A DNA stretch of 64,000 bases, from the NCBI GenBank assembly GCA_965240325.2, contig OZ251229.1, forward strand, positions 62,001 to 126,000. Direction: 5' to 3'. How positions within the stretch are numbered: the stretch's first letter is position 1; each line of letters opens with the position of its first letter. Below the pieces are notes generated by a model, which had not been told where the DNA came from, did no database searches, and saw only the letters and a program-made list of their open reading frames with translations. A program made the position numbers and the translations under genes. Source of the stretch: Rebecca billardiae RCC1528 (taxonomy: Eukaryota > Protista > Haptophyta). Shown one piece after another: positions 32,655-43,728 of this stretch.

Positions 32655-34592
32655 TAGCCTGGTCCAAACGCACTGGAGCACTTTCGGGGATTTTATCGCC
32701 AAATGAATGCGGGCCCCTAGGCACGCGCTCACACCCGGAAACAGCGTAACAAATGGGCCCAGCCCGGGCGGAGCAAAAGTTTCGGCCTAAAAATCGCATC
32801 CGCGGCCCGTCGTGAGCGTGCGCGCGCGCGCCGCGGACAACTACGGACACATAGAGAATCGTCAGTCTGAAGGTGGGTAAGTACTTAACCGAAATGAGCC
32901 CAAACGCACGAACTTACTTATTGGCGTACGTCGAGGCGAGCATGAACCTTGGTACAGGCCATTAGGATGGGCTGTGGTCTGTGCGCAAGTGGCCGTACTC
33001 AACTACTGCAAGATCGACAATATTACCCATTTGTACCCGCATAATATGGGCAGTGTACCCGCATAAATATGCGGTCTGGACCTGTATAATTACAATGCCA
33101 CTATGTCGTTACATATTCGCCATAGGTGGGTAGCTGTCCCAGGCTGCACGATTAGTGCGGCGCGCGGGGTGCATTGGTCGGAAGAGGCTCCGCCTGGCCT
33201 TCCGCGCACTCCTGCAGACAAGAAGAGGGCCGGACTCCCACCCGGCCAGGCGTGCGGCAGTCGGTCAGGTGCTGGACCTGGTCTGGAGACCATCTCCTGC
33301 GTGGCGACTGGCCGATATGCGGCACAACGCGCGCCGCCGTGAGCCACACGGCAGGTTCGCAACGGATCCGGTTCGCGTGTCCATGGCGGCGTGCATCGAG
33401 TCATTCAAGCTGTCAAGTCGCGTGCCACGCCCGCCCTTTCACTTGGGGCATCAGTACTGCCTACAACGACGACATGTGCGTCCTTAGATGAGGCATAATC
33501 GCGATTCTAGCTGCCCGTCCAAGGGTCAGATCGCACGTCTTTGCTCGCCCGACAGCCTCAACGGCGGACTGATGTGATCCGCGGGTGACGATGCGACCGC
33601 TTTGAGTGCGCCTACGGCCACCACCGGGGTGGGGATCGTTCATGGGCACCCTCCGCGTGCCATGACATGCTCTGGCCGTGCGTGGTGACATGGCCCACCG
33701 CGCGTAAACGGGAAAGACACCCGAGCACGTGCTTCCGAGCCACCCGAATGGCACAATGTGCCACCCATGGACACCAAACAGGCGCCAGAGCGCAAGCCTT
33801 GCGTGCTGGAGTAGCTGCACGGCACCAAGGAAGACGTATGAGCGCTCTCAACCATCTTCAAGCGACGACTCCGTCGACTCTGCCTCGCAGACCGCGGTAC
33901 GATCCTCGACCTTGTGCTCGCAGCAAAGGCCATGACGGTAAAGCAGCACCCATGCGATGGGAGTCAGCCGGCAGCCACCACACTGCGACTGTACACACCC
34001 AGCCCCGCAAGGCGAGCCATCCTGCTCGCCACCAGCCCGTCATACAGCTCCACGAGGAGCACAAATCGACAGCCGCCGCTCAGGACGACCCATGCGCGAA
34101 CGTGACGGGACTGGCCGGATGAAGCGTTGGCGATGCGCAGCGCGCCCAACGCTGGTGGTGGCATCGAATACATGCTAGGGGTAGGCGGTGGCCGACACGA
34201 GCCGTCGCGTGGCCCGCATATTACCCGAGGTGGCCCGTCTCGAACGCGCGGCGCAACCCAGCAGGTGAGCGTTCGACGCACGCCGTCGGGCAAGAAGTCG
34301 ACCTGGCGACGGACCGCGGGCGGCGGAAGCAACGCAGACATGTCGCTCAAGGTGTGCACGCACACCACCGGGGCACCCGAACGATGTGTCCAGCACTACA
34401 CCTGACATGAGGCGGCGCAGTCGTCCAGTCGAGGCTCTCGAGCCCCTTCCGACCTTCGTCGCGGCGAGCCGTCGGACGGCCGGTGGCGATTTTTGACGAG
34501 CGCGACGAGCAACGAGAAAAATCGGGAGAAATGAGGCGCCCAAAATCCGAAAAAGGCTTTTTCACTGGCGAAAATCGAGATGGACCAGGCTA
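32655..34592. mobile_element. Nested non-autonomous TIR transposon with 12-bp TIR and 7-bp TSD
   Basis: Left TAGCCTGGTCCA, right TGGACCAGGCTA; CAAACAG at 32648-32654 and 34593-34599. Confidence 0.88.
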
Positions 34593-34877
34593 CAAACAGT
34601 GTCGTGCACACTATGGGCAGCCGGTGACTTCCGGGACATGTCCCTACAGAGGGGTAGAAAGCCGCTCAGCCTGGGTATCTGGGGGGTCGCCCCTATGGGC
34701 CCCCTAGGGGCAGGGGGGGAGGGTGCCGTGACACTACAGATTCCTGCAAAAATCACAGGGTACACCAGTCCATCACGGCATATCTAGCAGCGCGCAGACG
34801 AGTGGCAGCGCAGCGCTCCGCGGAGGCGCTGCGCGGGGCTGGCGGCGAGGTCACGCAGCGCCGCCCCACGCATGCGC

Positions 34878-36419
34878 TCAGCCGAGCTGCTGCGCCACCG
34901 CGCCCCCCGCCGCCTCGCCCTCCGCGGCCGGCGCCGCTGCCGCCCCCTGCGCCGCTGCCGCCCCCTGCGCCTCGGCCTCGGCCTCGGCCGTGAGCGCGTG
35001 GACGGCGCGCGCGAGGATCTCCGCGGCGCGGTCGACCTCGGCGGCGGTGGTGTGCCGGCCGACGGAGAGGCGCAGCGTGCCGCGCGCGTACTCCGCGGGC
35101 ACCTTGAGCTCGCCGAGCACGCCCGACACCTTGACCGCCTCCGCCGAGTGGCACGCCGCGCCCGCGGACGCGGCCAGCTCGTGCGCCACGCGCGCGAGCA
35201 CCGCGGCGCCGCGCACGCCGCGCACGCCCACGCTCAGCACGTTGGGCAGAGACGGCCACGCGCCGAGCGCGTCGTCGGGGCCGAAGGCGAGCGGCGAGTT
35301 GACGCGCAGCCGCGCCTTGCCCAGCCGCGCCTCGAGCGCCTCGAGCAGCCGGTCGCGCATCGCCGCGGCGTGCTGCGCGATCGCCCCGCCCTGCTCGTTC
35401 CACACGCGCGCCGCCTCGCCCAGCCCCGCGAGCAGAGGCACGCTCTCGGTGCCCGCGCGCCGCCCGCGCTCCTGCCCGCCGCCGTGGAGCATGTTGGGCA
35501 GCGCGAGGCCCTTGCGCACGTACAGCGCGGCCACGCCCTTCGGCGCGCCGAACTTGTGCCCGACGAGCGTGAGCATGTCCACCTCGAGCTCGGGCGCGGA
35601 GACGGCCACCTTGCCCACGGACTGCGCAGCGTCCGTGTGCACGAGCGCGCGCGGGCACGCGGCGCGCACGGCGCGCGCGATCGCGCCGATGGGCTGGACG
35701 GTGCCCACCTCGTTGTTGGCGTGCATGATCGTGACCAGCGCCGTCTGCGGGCGCAGCGCGCGCGCCACCTCCTCCGGGCTCACGCGCCCCCACCCGTCCA
35801 CGCCGACGCGCGTGACGGTCGCGCGGCCCGCCGCCTCGAGCGCGTCGCAGCACGCGAGGATGGCCGGGTGCTCGATGGTCGAGGTGACGACGTGCGGCGT
35901 CTCGCGCGGGCCGAGCCGCGCGCGCGCGAGCTCGACCGCGCCCACGATCGCCCAGTTGTCCGACTCCGAGCCGCACGACGTGAACACCACCTCCTCCGCG
36001 CCGCACTCGAGCAGCTGCGCGACGGCGGCGCGCGCGCGCTCGACCGCCGCCTTGGTCTGCACGCCGTACGCGTGCGGCGAGGAGGGGTTGCCCCACTGCA
36101 CGCTGAAGTACGGGGCCATCGCGTCGGCCACGTCGGGGTAGATCGGGCACGTCGCCGCGTAGTCCATGTACACGCAGTCCTCCGCGCCCGGCGTCGGCGG
36201 CAGCGGCGAGCCGACCGCGCGCCGAGCGACCGCGGGCGCCGGCACTGGCGTGGGCGCCGCGCCCGCGGCGCTCGCGCGGATGGCGCCGCCGCCTCGCGAG
36301 AGCGGGCGCAGGCCCAGCCGCGCGCGCGTGGGCACGGCCGCGCCGAGCAGCGCGCGCACGGGCGAGAGCGCGTACGCGGCGGCGCTGAGCATGAGGCGGA
36401 GCACGCGCGAGGCCGACAT
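34878..36419 (-). CDS. Group I PLP-dependent cysteine desulfurase / selenocysteine lyase-like (NifS-type) enzyme with organellar presequence
   Basis: YMDYAATCP, WGNPSS, FTSCGSESDN, IEHPAI, MHANNEVG, HTDAAQSVGK, VGHKFGAPKG, GGGQERGRRAGTE and SAGAACHS. Confidence 0.92.
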   Translation of the reverse strand: MSASRVLRLMLSAAAYALSPVRALLGAAVPTRARLGLRPLSRGGGAIRASAAGAAPTPVPAPAVARRAVGSPLPPTPGAEDCVYMDYAATCPIYPDVADAMAPYFSVQWGNPSSPHAYGVQTKAAVERARAAVAQLLECGAEEVVFTSCGSESDNWAIVGAVELARARLGPRETPHVVTSTIEHPAILACCDALEAAGRATVTRVGVDGWGRVSPEEVARALRPQTALVTIMHANNEVGTVQPIGAIARAVRAACPRALVHTDAAQSVGKVAVSAPELEVDMLTLVGHKFGAPKGVAALYVRKGLALPNMLHGGGQERGRRAGTESVPLLAGLGEAARVWNEQGGAIAQHAAAMRDRLLEALEARLGKARLRVNSPLAFGPDDALGAWPSLPNVLSVGVRGVRGAAVLARVAHELAASAGAACHSAEAVKVSGVLGELKVPAEYARGTLRLSVGRHTTAAEVDRAAEILARAVHALTAEAEAEAQGAAAAQGAAAAPAAEGEAAGGAVAQQLG

Positions 36420-36682
36420 GCGCACGAGTAGGTACTGGGCCGCGCCGCGGGCGTGCGTCCTTCCGGACGGAGCCGTCCGGGACGAATAAGCGATCTTTCA
36501 TATATTCTTTTGTCATCGTTTTGTGGTCATCATGATAGAAGAATCCGCTGGTCGTCATTCATCCATCACGGGGCAGCCACATTGTCGACATCTCTCTTTC
36601 TCTCGCGCGCGCGCGCGGCACTCAGGGTGGCTTCACCCTTGCCAGTGGCCGCCGCGCGCCGCGCGGCATCCCGCGGCCAAGT

Positions 36683-37714
36683 TCAGCGCTCGCCCGCGCC
36701 GCCGCGCGTGCGCGGGTCGTCAGTGCCGGGCGCGGGCGGCACGAGCGTGCCCCCGCTGCGCAGCTCGACGAGCGCGGCGGCGCCGCTGAGCAGCGACTTG
36801 GCGAGCCACACGGCCGGGCTCCGCCCCTGCCCCGCCGCCGTCACCGCGGCGTACGCGCCGATCGCGCCGTGAGCCGCCACCACCGTCGCGGCCGCCAGCT
36901 GCAAGTACTCGCGCGCCTCGCCCAGCTGAGCGGCCGGGCGCGGCCCGAACGCGCCCGCGACCAGCCACGCGGCGAAGAGGGCGTTGAGGCGCTGCGGCGT
37001 GGAGAGCTGCACGTCGACGAGCATCTGCTTCTGCGGCAGCTCCTCGTTCGGGTCGCGCTCGGGCGCGGGCGGCTTGACCAGCCCGGCGAGCTTGCTGCGC
37101 GCCGCCTCTCGCGCCTGCTGCTGCCCGGCGCGCGCCGAGCCGGGCGGCGGCGGCAGCTGCGAGAGCTTCTGCACCTCGAGCACGTCCTCGGTGGCGCGGC
37201 GCGCGTTGCCGAGCTTGAGGAAGCCGCTCTGGTCGGCCTTGCGCCAGTCCCAGTTGTCCACCTCCTCGAGCGGCGGCCGCTCCGGCGCGCGCTTGGGCAG
37301 CTTCCAGCGCACGCCCAGCCGCTTGGAGAGCGAGATGTACCCGCCCAGCTCGAGCACCGCGCGCGCCAGGTCGTCGCGGCCCCTGCGCGAGAGCTCGGTG
37401 TACGAGAGCGGGGGTGGGAGGGACGCGTCCGATAGCTCGTCCGCGGGCAGCTCCGCCAGGTACGCGCGCAGCTCCGGCTCGAGCTGCTCGACCGTCTCGA
37501 AGGCGGGCGGCTTCTTGGCCATCATCGTCAGCGCGCGCGCGCAGCCGCGCGCAGCCGCGCGCCGAGCCGAGCTGGGGCGCGCGGCGCGCGCGACAGACAG
37601 CGGCGGCGGCATCGCGGCGGCGACGCAGACGCCCACGGCCGACGCGCCCGCGCGCCCCGCGAGCACAGCCGCGAGCGTCGCGAGCAGCGGCGCGGCGCGT
37701 GCGGCCGGCGCCAT
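36683..37714 (-). CDS. Hypothetical plastid-targeted membrane protein
   Basis: ATG 37714 with signal and transit peptide; ELSRRGRDDLARAVLELGGYISLSKRLG helical motif; hydrophobic C-terminal helices. Confidence 0.7.
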   Translation of the reverse strand: MAPAARAAPLLATLAAVLAGRAGASAVGVCVAAAMPPPLSVARAARPSSARRAAARGCARALTMMAKKPPAFETVEQLEPELRAYLAELPADELSDASLPPPLSYTELSRRGRDDLARAVLELGGYISLSKRLGVRWKLPKRAPERPPLEEVDNWDWRKADQSGFLKLGNARRATEDVLEVQKLSQLPPPPGSARAGQQQAREAARSKLAGLVKPPAPERDPNEELPQKQMLVDVQLSTPQRLNALFAAWLVAGAFGPRPAAQLGEAREYLQLAAATVVAAHGAIGAYAAVTAAGQGRSPAVWLAKSLLSGAAALVELRSGGTLVPPAPGTDDPRTRGGAGER

Positions 37715-37852
37715 CCTTGCACCGACCGTCGGATGACAGGTCGAGCCGCCGCCGAGCCGCGTGGCCCGGTACGGCGTCCGTCCGAGTGTTTCTTCAACTG
37801 CGCCGCGTCCGCGTGGTGGCGCGTTGCCCCGATTCACAGCAGTACAGTAGCA

Positions 37853-38347
37853 ATGGCGACGATGCGGCGTGGGCGTCAACGCATCCGCGCGACCGGCCCA
37901 TATGGCCGCGCTGAGCCCGCCGGCGCGGGGCCCGGCGCGTGGGAGGCGGACCCGCGGCTCGAGCCCACACTCCGTGCGCTCGCGCTCGAGCTCACCGCCG
38001 CGGCGCCCGGCCAGTCCATCAGCGCAGCCGAGCTGGGCGACAAGATCACGACCGCGCTCAAGCGCAAGGGGGTGCACCCCAAGCGCGACGGCAAGATTGG
38101 GAAGCTCTCGCTCTACATGCGCGTGCGCCATGGCGGCTGGACGTCCTACCTCGCGCAGCTCGCGCTGCCCGGGCTGAGGTACGACGCCGCCACGCAGACG
38201 CTCGCCGCCATGCAGCGCGGCTCCGAATTGGCGAGCGGGGGCGCGAGTGGCGCCGATGCCGCTGGGCCTCGGCTGGGCTCTGCGCCGCGCGCACGATCAG
38301 CATCGTGCGCCCCAGATGTCGACGAGCTGGACCTCTCGAAGCTCTGA
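37853..38347 (+). CDS. Small basic hypothetical protein, possible winged-helix
   Basis: ATG 37853 with coding-like codon usage; ISAAELG...YMRVRHGGWTSYL resembles a winged-helix/LOTUS pattern. Confidence 0.55.
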   Translation: MATMRRGRQRIRATGPYGRAEPAGAGPGAWEADPRLEPTLRALALELTAAAPGQSISAAELGDKITTALKRKGVHPKRDGKIGKLSLYMRVRHGGWTSYLAQLALPGLRYDAATQTLAAMQRGSELASGGASGADAAGPRLGSAPRARSASCAPDVDELDLSKL

Positions 38348-38687
38348 GGAGACCGTCCACCACGAGCGCGCAGCGTGACTCGATGGTACTTCTAACTTCC
38401 GAACCACCCGCCAGCACAGTATCTACTGTATGAGGCTATGAGCAGTCGTATTACGTCGCGGCGCCGTCGTCTCGTCCGATGACCGATCAGTGAAATCAGC
38501 ACCAATAGCGCTCTTAGATCGTCGCGACATCGTTGAACTAGCGTCCTGCTAGTATCATGATCATCGTCTTGAAATCGTAGTAGTCCAAGAACTCTGCCGT
38601 CAGCATATCATCGCGCGCGGCGAAATCGATGAAGATTACGCTGTACTGTACGTCTACGACTAAAACTCTAAAAGGAACTCCGAACTC

Positions 38688-39989
38688 ATGACAGTCAGCA
38701 TGGCGGACTCATGCACGATCGCCGCGAATGTCCCCGCAGCGGCGACCTTCTCCATCTTCTCCGACACGGCCTGTGGGCGTGGCGTGCGCGCCGGCGTTGC
38801 TCTGCGGCCTGGTGAGCACGTGGCCACAGCGCACGCCTTCGCCATCGGCGTGGCGCCGACGCACTGCGCGCGCTGTCTCGCGCGCTTGCGCAGTGGCGGC
38901 CCCGCGTGCGCGGGGTGCGGCATGTCGTACTGCAGCGAGCAATGCGCCGCGCACGACGCGCGCGGGCACTCGGCCACCGAGTGCGCCCTCCTGGCACGGC
39001 TGGCGCGCGCGTCCGAGTGGCACACGCCGCTGATGCGGCTGCTCGTGCGCGTGCTCGCGCGCATGGCGCAGCACGCGCCCACCACGGCCGACGGGCGCGC
39101 CACCGCGGAGACGCGCACCGCGGACGCCATCTGCGCGCGCGTCCGCTCGGCGCCGTCGAGCGCCGATCTCCGCGCGGACGACGTCGCGTTGCTCGACGCG
39201 TGCCGCCAGCAGATGCCCACCTCCCAGTACGGCCGCGTGATGGCCACCTCGCACTTCCTGCAGAGGCTGGCGAGGCGCGCGCTGCCGGACGCGCCCGCCG
39301 CGCTGCCCGCGGACGTCCCCGGCGTGGTCTGCCGCGTGCTGCACAACGGCTTCGGCCTCCGCGCCGCCGACGCCGACGGCTCGGAGCCCGTCGGCTGCGC
39401 GCTCTTCCCGACCGCGAGCTTCTTCAACCACGCGTGCGCGCCGAGCTGCTGCGTGCTGCGCGAGCCGGGCGCGCCGGCCGTGCTGCGCGTGTGCGCGGCG
39501 CGCGCGGTGCGCGAGGGCGAGGAGCTGAGCATCAGCTACATCGACCTGCGGCTGCCGCGCGCGGAGCGCCGGGCGCTCCTGCGCGAGAGCTACAGCTTCG
39601 AGTGCGCGTGCCATCGGTGCCGCCACGACCTGCCGTGCGCGCTGCAGCTCTGCCCCGCGCGCAGCTGCGCGGGGCGCGGCGTCCTCGTGCCCGCGGCAGA
39701 GGCAGAGGGCGCGCCGCACGCGGACGGCGGCGGCAGCGCCGGCCGGGGCGTTGGCGGCGGCTGCGCATGCGTGGCCGGTGCGGCGCGCCCGCAGTCGCCG
39801 TCGCAGGCGCAGCCGGAGCAGCCACATCAGGCGCCCGACGCCGCCACGCAGCCCGAGGTGACAGCGGAGCAGGCTACGCTGCGGTGCAGCTCCTGCGGCG
39901 TCCTCCGCAGCCGTGCGCGCGCGCACACGGCGGCACAACTGAAACGGTGCGCGCAGCCACGGCCACAGCAGCCACAGCAGGCACGTTGA
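38688..39989 (+). CDS. SET and MYND domain lysine methyltransferase (SMYD family)
   Basis: GRGVRA, MYND CARC..CAGC...YCSEQC...H..EC, FFNHACAP, GEELSISY and post-SET FECACHRC. Confidence 0.92.
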   Translation: MTVSMADSCTIAANVPAAATFSIFSDTACGRGVRAGVALRPGEHVATAHAFAIGVAPTHCARCLARLRSGGPACAGCGMSYCSEQCAAHDARGHSATECALLARLARASEWHTPLMRLLVRVLARMAQHAPTTADGRATAETRTADAICARVRSAPSSADLRADDVALLDACRQQMPTSQYGRVMATSHFLQRLARRALPDAPAALPADVPGVVCRVLHNGFGLRAADADGSEPVGCALFPTASFFNHACAPSCCVLREPGAPAVLRVCAARAVREGEELSISYIDLRLPRAERRALLRESYSFECACHRCRHDLPCALQLCPARSCAGRGVLVPAAEAEGAPHADGGGSAGRGVGGGCACVAGAARPQSPSQAQPEQPHQAPDAATQPEVTAEQATLRCSSCGVLRSRARAHTAAQLKRCAQPRPQQPQQAR

Positions 39990-40196
39990 TTCACGCCTGG
40001 CTGGAGAAGTCGTAGTGGATGCACTGACAGCTCACGGTGAGTCGATGCCACTGACACAAGTTTCAAGGGAGTGCGGCATGCCGGCACTATGAACGATGCT
40101 GCGCGCACGTCTGATCAACTAGAGTCCGGACGAGTCGGCCCAAGTCGGCCCCGGAAAGTGAAGTCGGCGGCGGCTGTGGCCGATCGCAAGGGCACG

Positions 40197-40947
40197 ATGG
40201 TGGTGGTGTGCGCTGCGCGCGGGGAGGCGCCCCTACTCTCGGCGCGCACGCCGGGCGGCTTCGGCGGCGCGCGGCTGACGCGCGCCTATGCGCGTGCGTG
40301 CGAAGCAGGGCGACATTCCCTCCGTGACGTGCATCCTGATCCTCGACGCGGACGGCGGGCGCATCTGCTGCAAGTACTTCACGCAGGACTTCCCGACCAT
40401 CGCCGAGCAGCAGGCGTTCGAGAAGAAGGTCTTCGACAAGTCGCACCGCACCAACGCCAAGACGGAGGGTGCGACGCACCGCCGTCGGATGCCGCCCGCC
40501 TCCGTCGCCCCGCGTCGCGCCTCCCGCCCCTCACGCCCTCCCGCGCGCGCGCGCTGTGCGCGCGCAGCCGAGATTGTGCTCTTCGACAGCCTGGTGACTG
40601 TGTACAAGAACTCGTCGGACGCGTGGTTCTTCGTGGTGAGCAGGCAAAGCGAGAACGAGCTGATCCTCACCAACGTGCTCGGCGCGCTCACCGACGCGCT
40701 CATGACCACCCTGCGCCAGCTCGACAAGCGCAGTATGCTGGACAACTACGAGTCCGTGCTGCTCACGATCGACGAGCTGATCGACGGCGGGATGATCCTC
40801 GAGACGGAGGCGTCGGCGATCGCGAGTCGCGCGGGGATGAAGGCCGCGCTGAGCGAGCCGATCGCGCAGAGCGACTCGCACGGCAGCAGCTTCTCCGCAG
40901 CCTTCTCCTCGGCGAAGGAATCGTTTGCACGCTCGCTGATGCGCTGA
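40197..40947 (+). CDS. COPZ: Coatomer subunit zeta; exons 40197-40199, 40309-40468 and 40568-40947
   Basis: ILILDADGGRICCKYF, QQAFEKKVFDKS, ENELIL, LLTIDELIDGGMILET and AFSSAKE; two GT-AG introns keep the frame. Confidence 0.92.
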
Positions 40948-41753
40948 GGCGGGAGCGAGCGAGCGCACACGCGCGCACGCGCGCACGCGCACACGCTGGG
41001 GGCGCGCGGCTGGCCGGGTGTCAGGGCGCGCGGCAGAGCACCCCGGGGCCCACCGCGAGGCTACTGTGCGCCGTCAGCTCGTCAGGCGCGGGGACGAGCC
41101 GCCTGGCAAGGCCGCGCGGGCGCCGCCTGCCGACGCGGGTGCGCTTGATCAGCTGCGTACGGCAAGCCGCCAAGCGCAGTTCACGGACGCGCGGTGCTCG
41201 CGTCAGAAGCATCCGCCTTTGCCAAGCGGCACTCGTCCACTGCGAGCGCGAGCGGCCGAGGGGGGCATCGCCGCAGCCGGGCACCCTCGTCTTCGGGCTC
41301 GGCCCTCACGCCGGTGTCTCTCAAGGCGCGACGCGCCGGCGGCCTGGCGGCGCCTGGCCCGCCGATGTCGATGACACTTGACAGGGTGGCCGGCAGGAAC
41401 TAGAAGCCTGAGGTCGATGATCCCGTCTCAGTACAGCCTCGCTACACATCTATCGCGCATGCGATCAGATGGCGTGCTGCGCTCTGGCACCGGTTCGAGA
41501 ATCGAGTGACTGTGAGCAGTGGCCGCCGGTCCGGCGACACTTCAGGCCGGGACCGGTACGGGCTACCGTACGCGGTCCGGCGCGGGCGGCGGCGGCCTTA
41601 AGTGACGCGGCGGCACTACTCTCACTAGGCCGGGCACGGCGCGCGCGCGGGCCACGGGCCCACGGAGCACTCACACTGCACGCGGGCAGAAGCCAGTCAT
41701 CACACCGCGAGTCGTACTGGTCACGGTATAGTATATATATATATATATATATA

Positions 41754-43728
41754 TGATTAAACTTTTCTGAGGATAGCGCACCAGCAATTTCCCTTGACCG
41801 CCATCCGGGCCGAAGTGGCGCAAAATGGCGGTTGCCCCGTTTGGGCGCCCTTCCGCGCCTTCGAGCGGCTCGTGCGCGTCGGGAAGTGCGCCGAAGCGTA
41901 TCCGGAGCATGCTCCATCGACGCGTCGCACTGCCGGGCCCTCGCATGCGAGCCCATGCCGACGTCTGAGTGCGCCTCGCTGCGCACGGTACAGCTTGACG
42001 GTACACGGCACGATTCGGCCGCGAGCAGCCTCGTGCGCGCGACCGAGCCAGAGGTGGTCGTCGAGAGTAGCACGAGCGGCGGCACACAAGCGGGCCTGGT
42101 CGTTGCCGAATATCTGACGCACCAATCGACCTCGCCCAGCGCCATCTGCTCGTTTGCGCACGTGTCGGAAAGAATGCGCAGCTGCCTGCAAACGCCGAGC
42201 GCGCAGATGAGGCGTGGGCGAGCGAAGGGGCGGCGAGGGCCGGCGCGTGCGCGCGCGTAAATTCGAGCCTCCCCATACGCATCGAAACACACCGCGCTCG
42301 CTCGTCGAGCTGCGCACGGGTATCGGTGCGCGCGCGCCAACGCGGCGCGCCGTGAACGCGCCCGGCGAATGCACACCTGCTCGCGCGCGCACGCGCACGT
42401 GATGGACCGAGGAGGCCGCGCGAGCATGCGCGATGTGTCTGGATGGAGCGTGTAGGAGGTGTAGGCTGCGCTCCGCACGCGCTCCGCCACCGTGCACCGC
42501 GCTGCCCCTCGTCCACGCGATCGCCGCCGAGCCCAGATTCAAACGCGCGCGAGCGCTCGAGCGCACCTCCGGGCAGCAGTCGCAGCTATCGTGACGAAGG
42601 CGTGGCGAGAGGCAGATGTGCATGGCAAGTATCGTCATTGTGGTGCCCATCACGCGCACACTCTCGCGCATGCTCGCTGCACCACCTCGTCGCGCCCACG
42701 TGCAGCGCGCGGGGCGCGCTTCGTGCCCGGAGCAGCTGCGGAGCGGCTGCCGCGCGCAGTGCGCGCGGCGAGTAGGGCTCAGCCAATGGTCCGAGGGCGA
42801 GCCGGCCGAGCGTCGTGCGTGACGCACACGGACCTGGTGCAACGCCGCGTACCACTCGCAGCCACCATCGCGCCCGTACCAGCGAGCTGTGGCCGCCGCC
42901 GACACCCCAAAGCAGCCCAGCCGTCAGCGCGCGACAGCCGACGAGCGTCAGCGCGCGACGCGCGCGTGCACCACCGTGATGAGCACGGATGAGCGCGCGC
43001 GCCCGTGTCGTAGCTCAGGTGGGGTCCCCCGATCGCACGCACCACCGCGCTGCCACGCCTTCGACCATCTTGTGTCACCACGCGGGCACACGCCGGGCAG
43101 GCGGCGGGGCAGCCCGCTCGGCAAACGGTCAGCGCGCAGCGAGGATGGAGTCCGGCGAGGGGCGACCGGAGTGTCCGGCGCGACGGAGGTGGTCCACGCC
43201 GTGGTCGCCGACGCGTTCCTCACCACCTCCGAGGCCGTGGTGGCCGCCCGGGAGAAGGAATGCTCCCAGTCGCACCCTTTGCAGTGCTCCTTTGCGCGTG
43301 CACGCAACGGCGAGGAGCGGAAGCGTTAGAGGGCACTTTTTGTGCAGTTCAGGCGTTCTTTCCCCAAAATGTAGAATGCGCGGAGAAGTGCCCTCTAACG
43401 ATTTTCGTGTGCAGCCGTGCCGCGCGCGCGAGGAAGGCCACATGCGGCTCCTTGCACATCTGCTGCAGATCGGCTCGTGCTCGGCGAGCGCGGCGAGGAG
43501 GAAGGTGCGCGCTCGCGAGCTGGCGCACCTGGGAGTCCTCGCGGCCTCCGAGCAGAAAGAGCGCGTCGAGCGCAACGCCGCAGGTCGCACGGTCGCGATC
43601 TCGCGAGAGCGGTGGTGCGAGGGCGGGCCTCGCCATCGCGCGTTTCTGCGTCCAAACGCGGCCTCCGTAAAATCCGGATGGCGGTCAAGGGATTTTGCTG
43701 GTGCGCTATCCTCAGAAAAGTTTACACA
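41754..43728. mobile_element. Non-autonomous TIR transposon (~55-bp TIRs) inserted in a (TA)n tract
   Basis: TAAACTTTTCTGAGGATAGCGCACCAGCAA..TCCCTTGACCGCCATCCGG on the left and its reverse complement at 43674-43724; TG...CA ends; TATATA on both sides. Confidence 0.9.

Larger units (their letters stand above)
28777..34760. mobile_element. TIR-bounded element with TA TSD carrying a viral-type primase-polymerase, a repeat array and a nested transposon
   Basis: Left TA|TCCTGCCATTTTTGCAGGAATCTGGAGTTTC versus reverse complement of the right end TA|CCCTGTGATTTTTGCAGGAATCTGTAGTGTC (17-bp perfect core); internal repeats are also inverted between the two halves. Confidence 0.8.

Noticed and set aside
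32655-34592. Transposase for the primase element
   Set aside because: Only short ORFs without DDE or recombinase motifs, and the segment is a separate insertion with its own TIRs and TSD.
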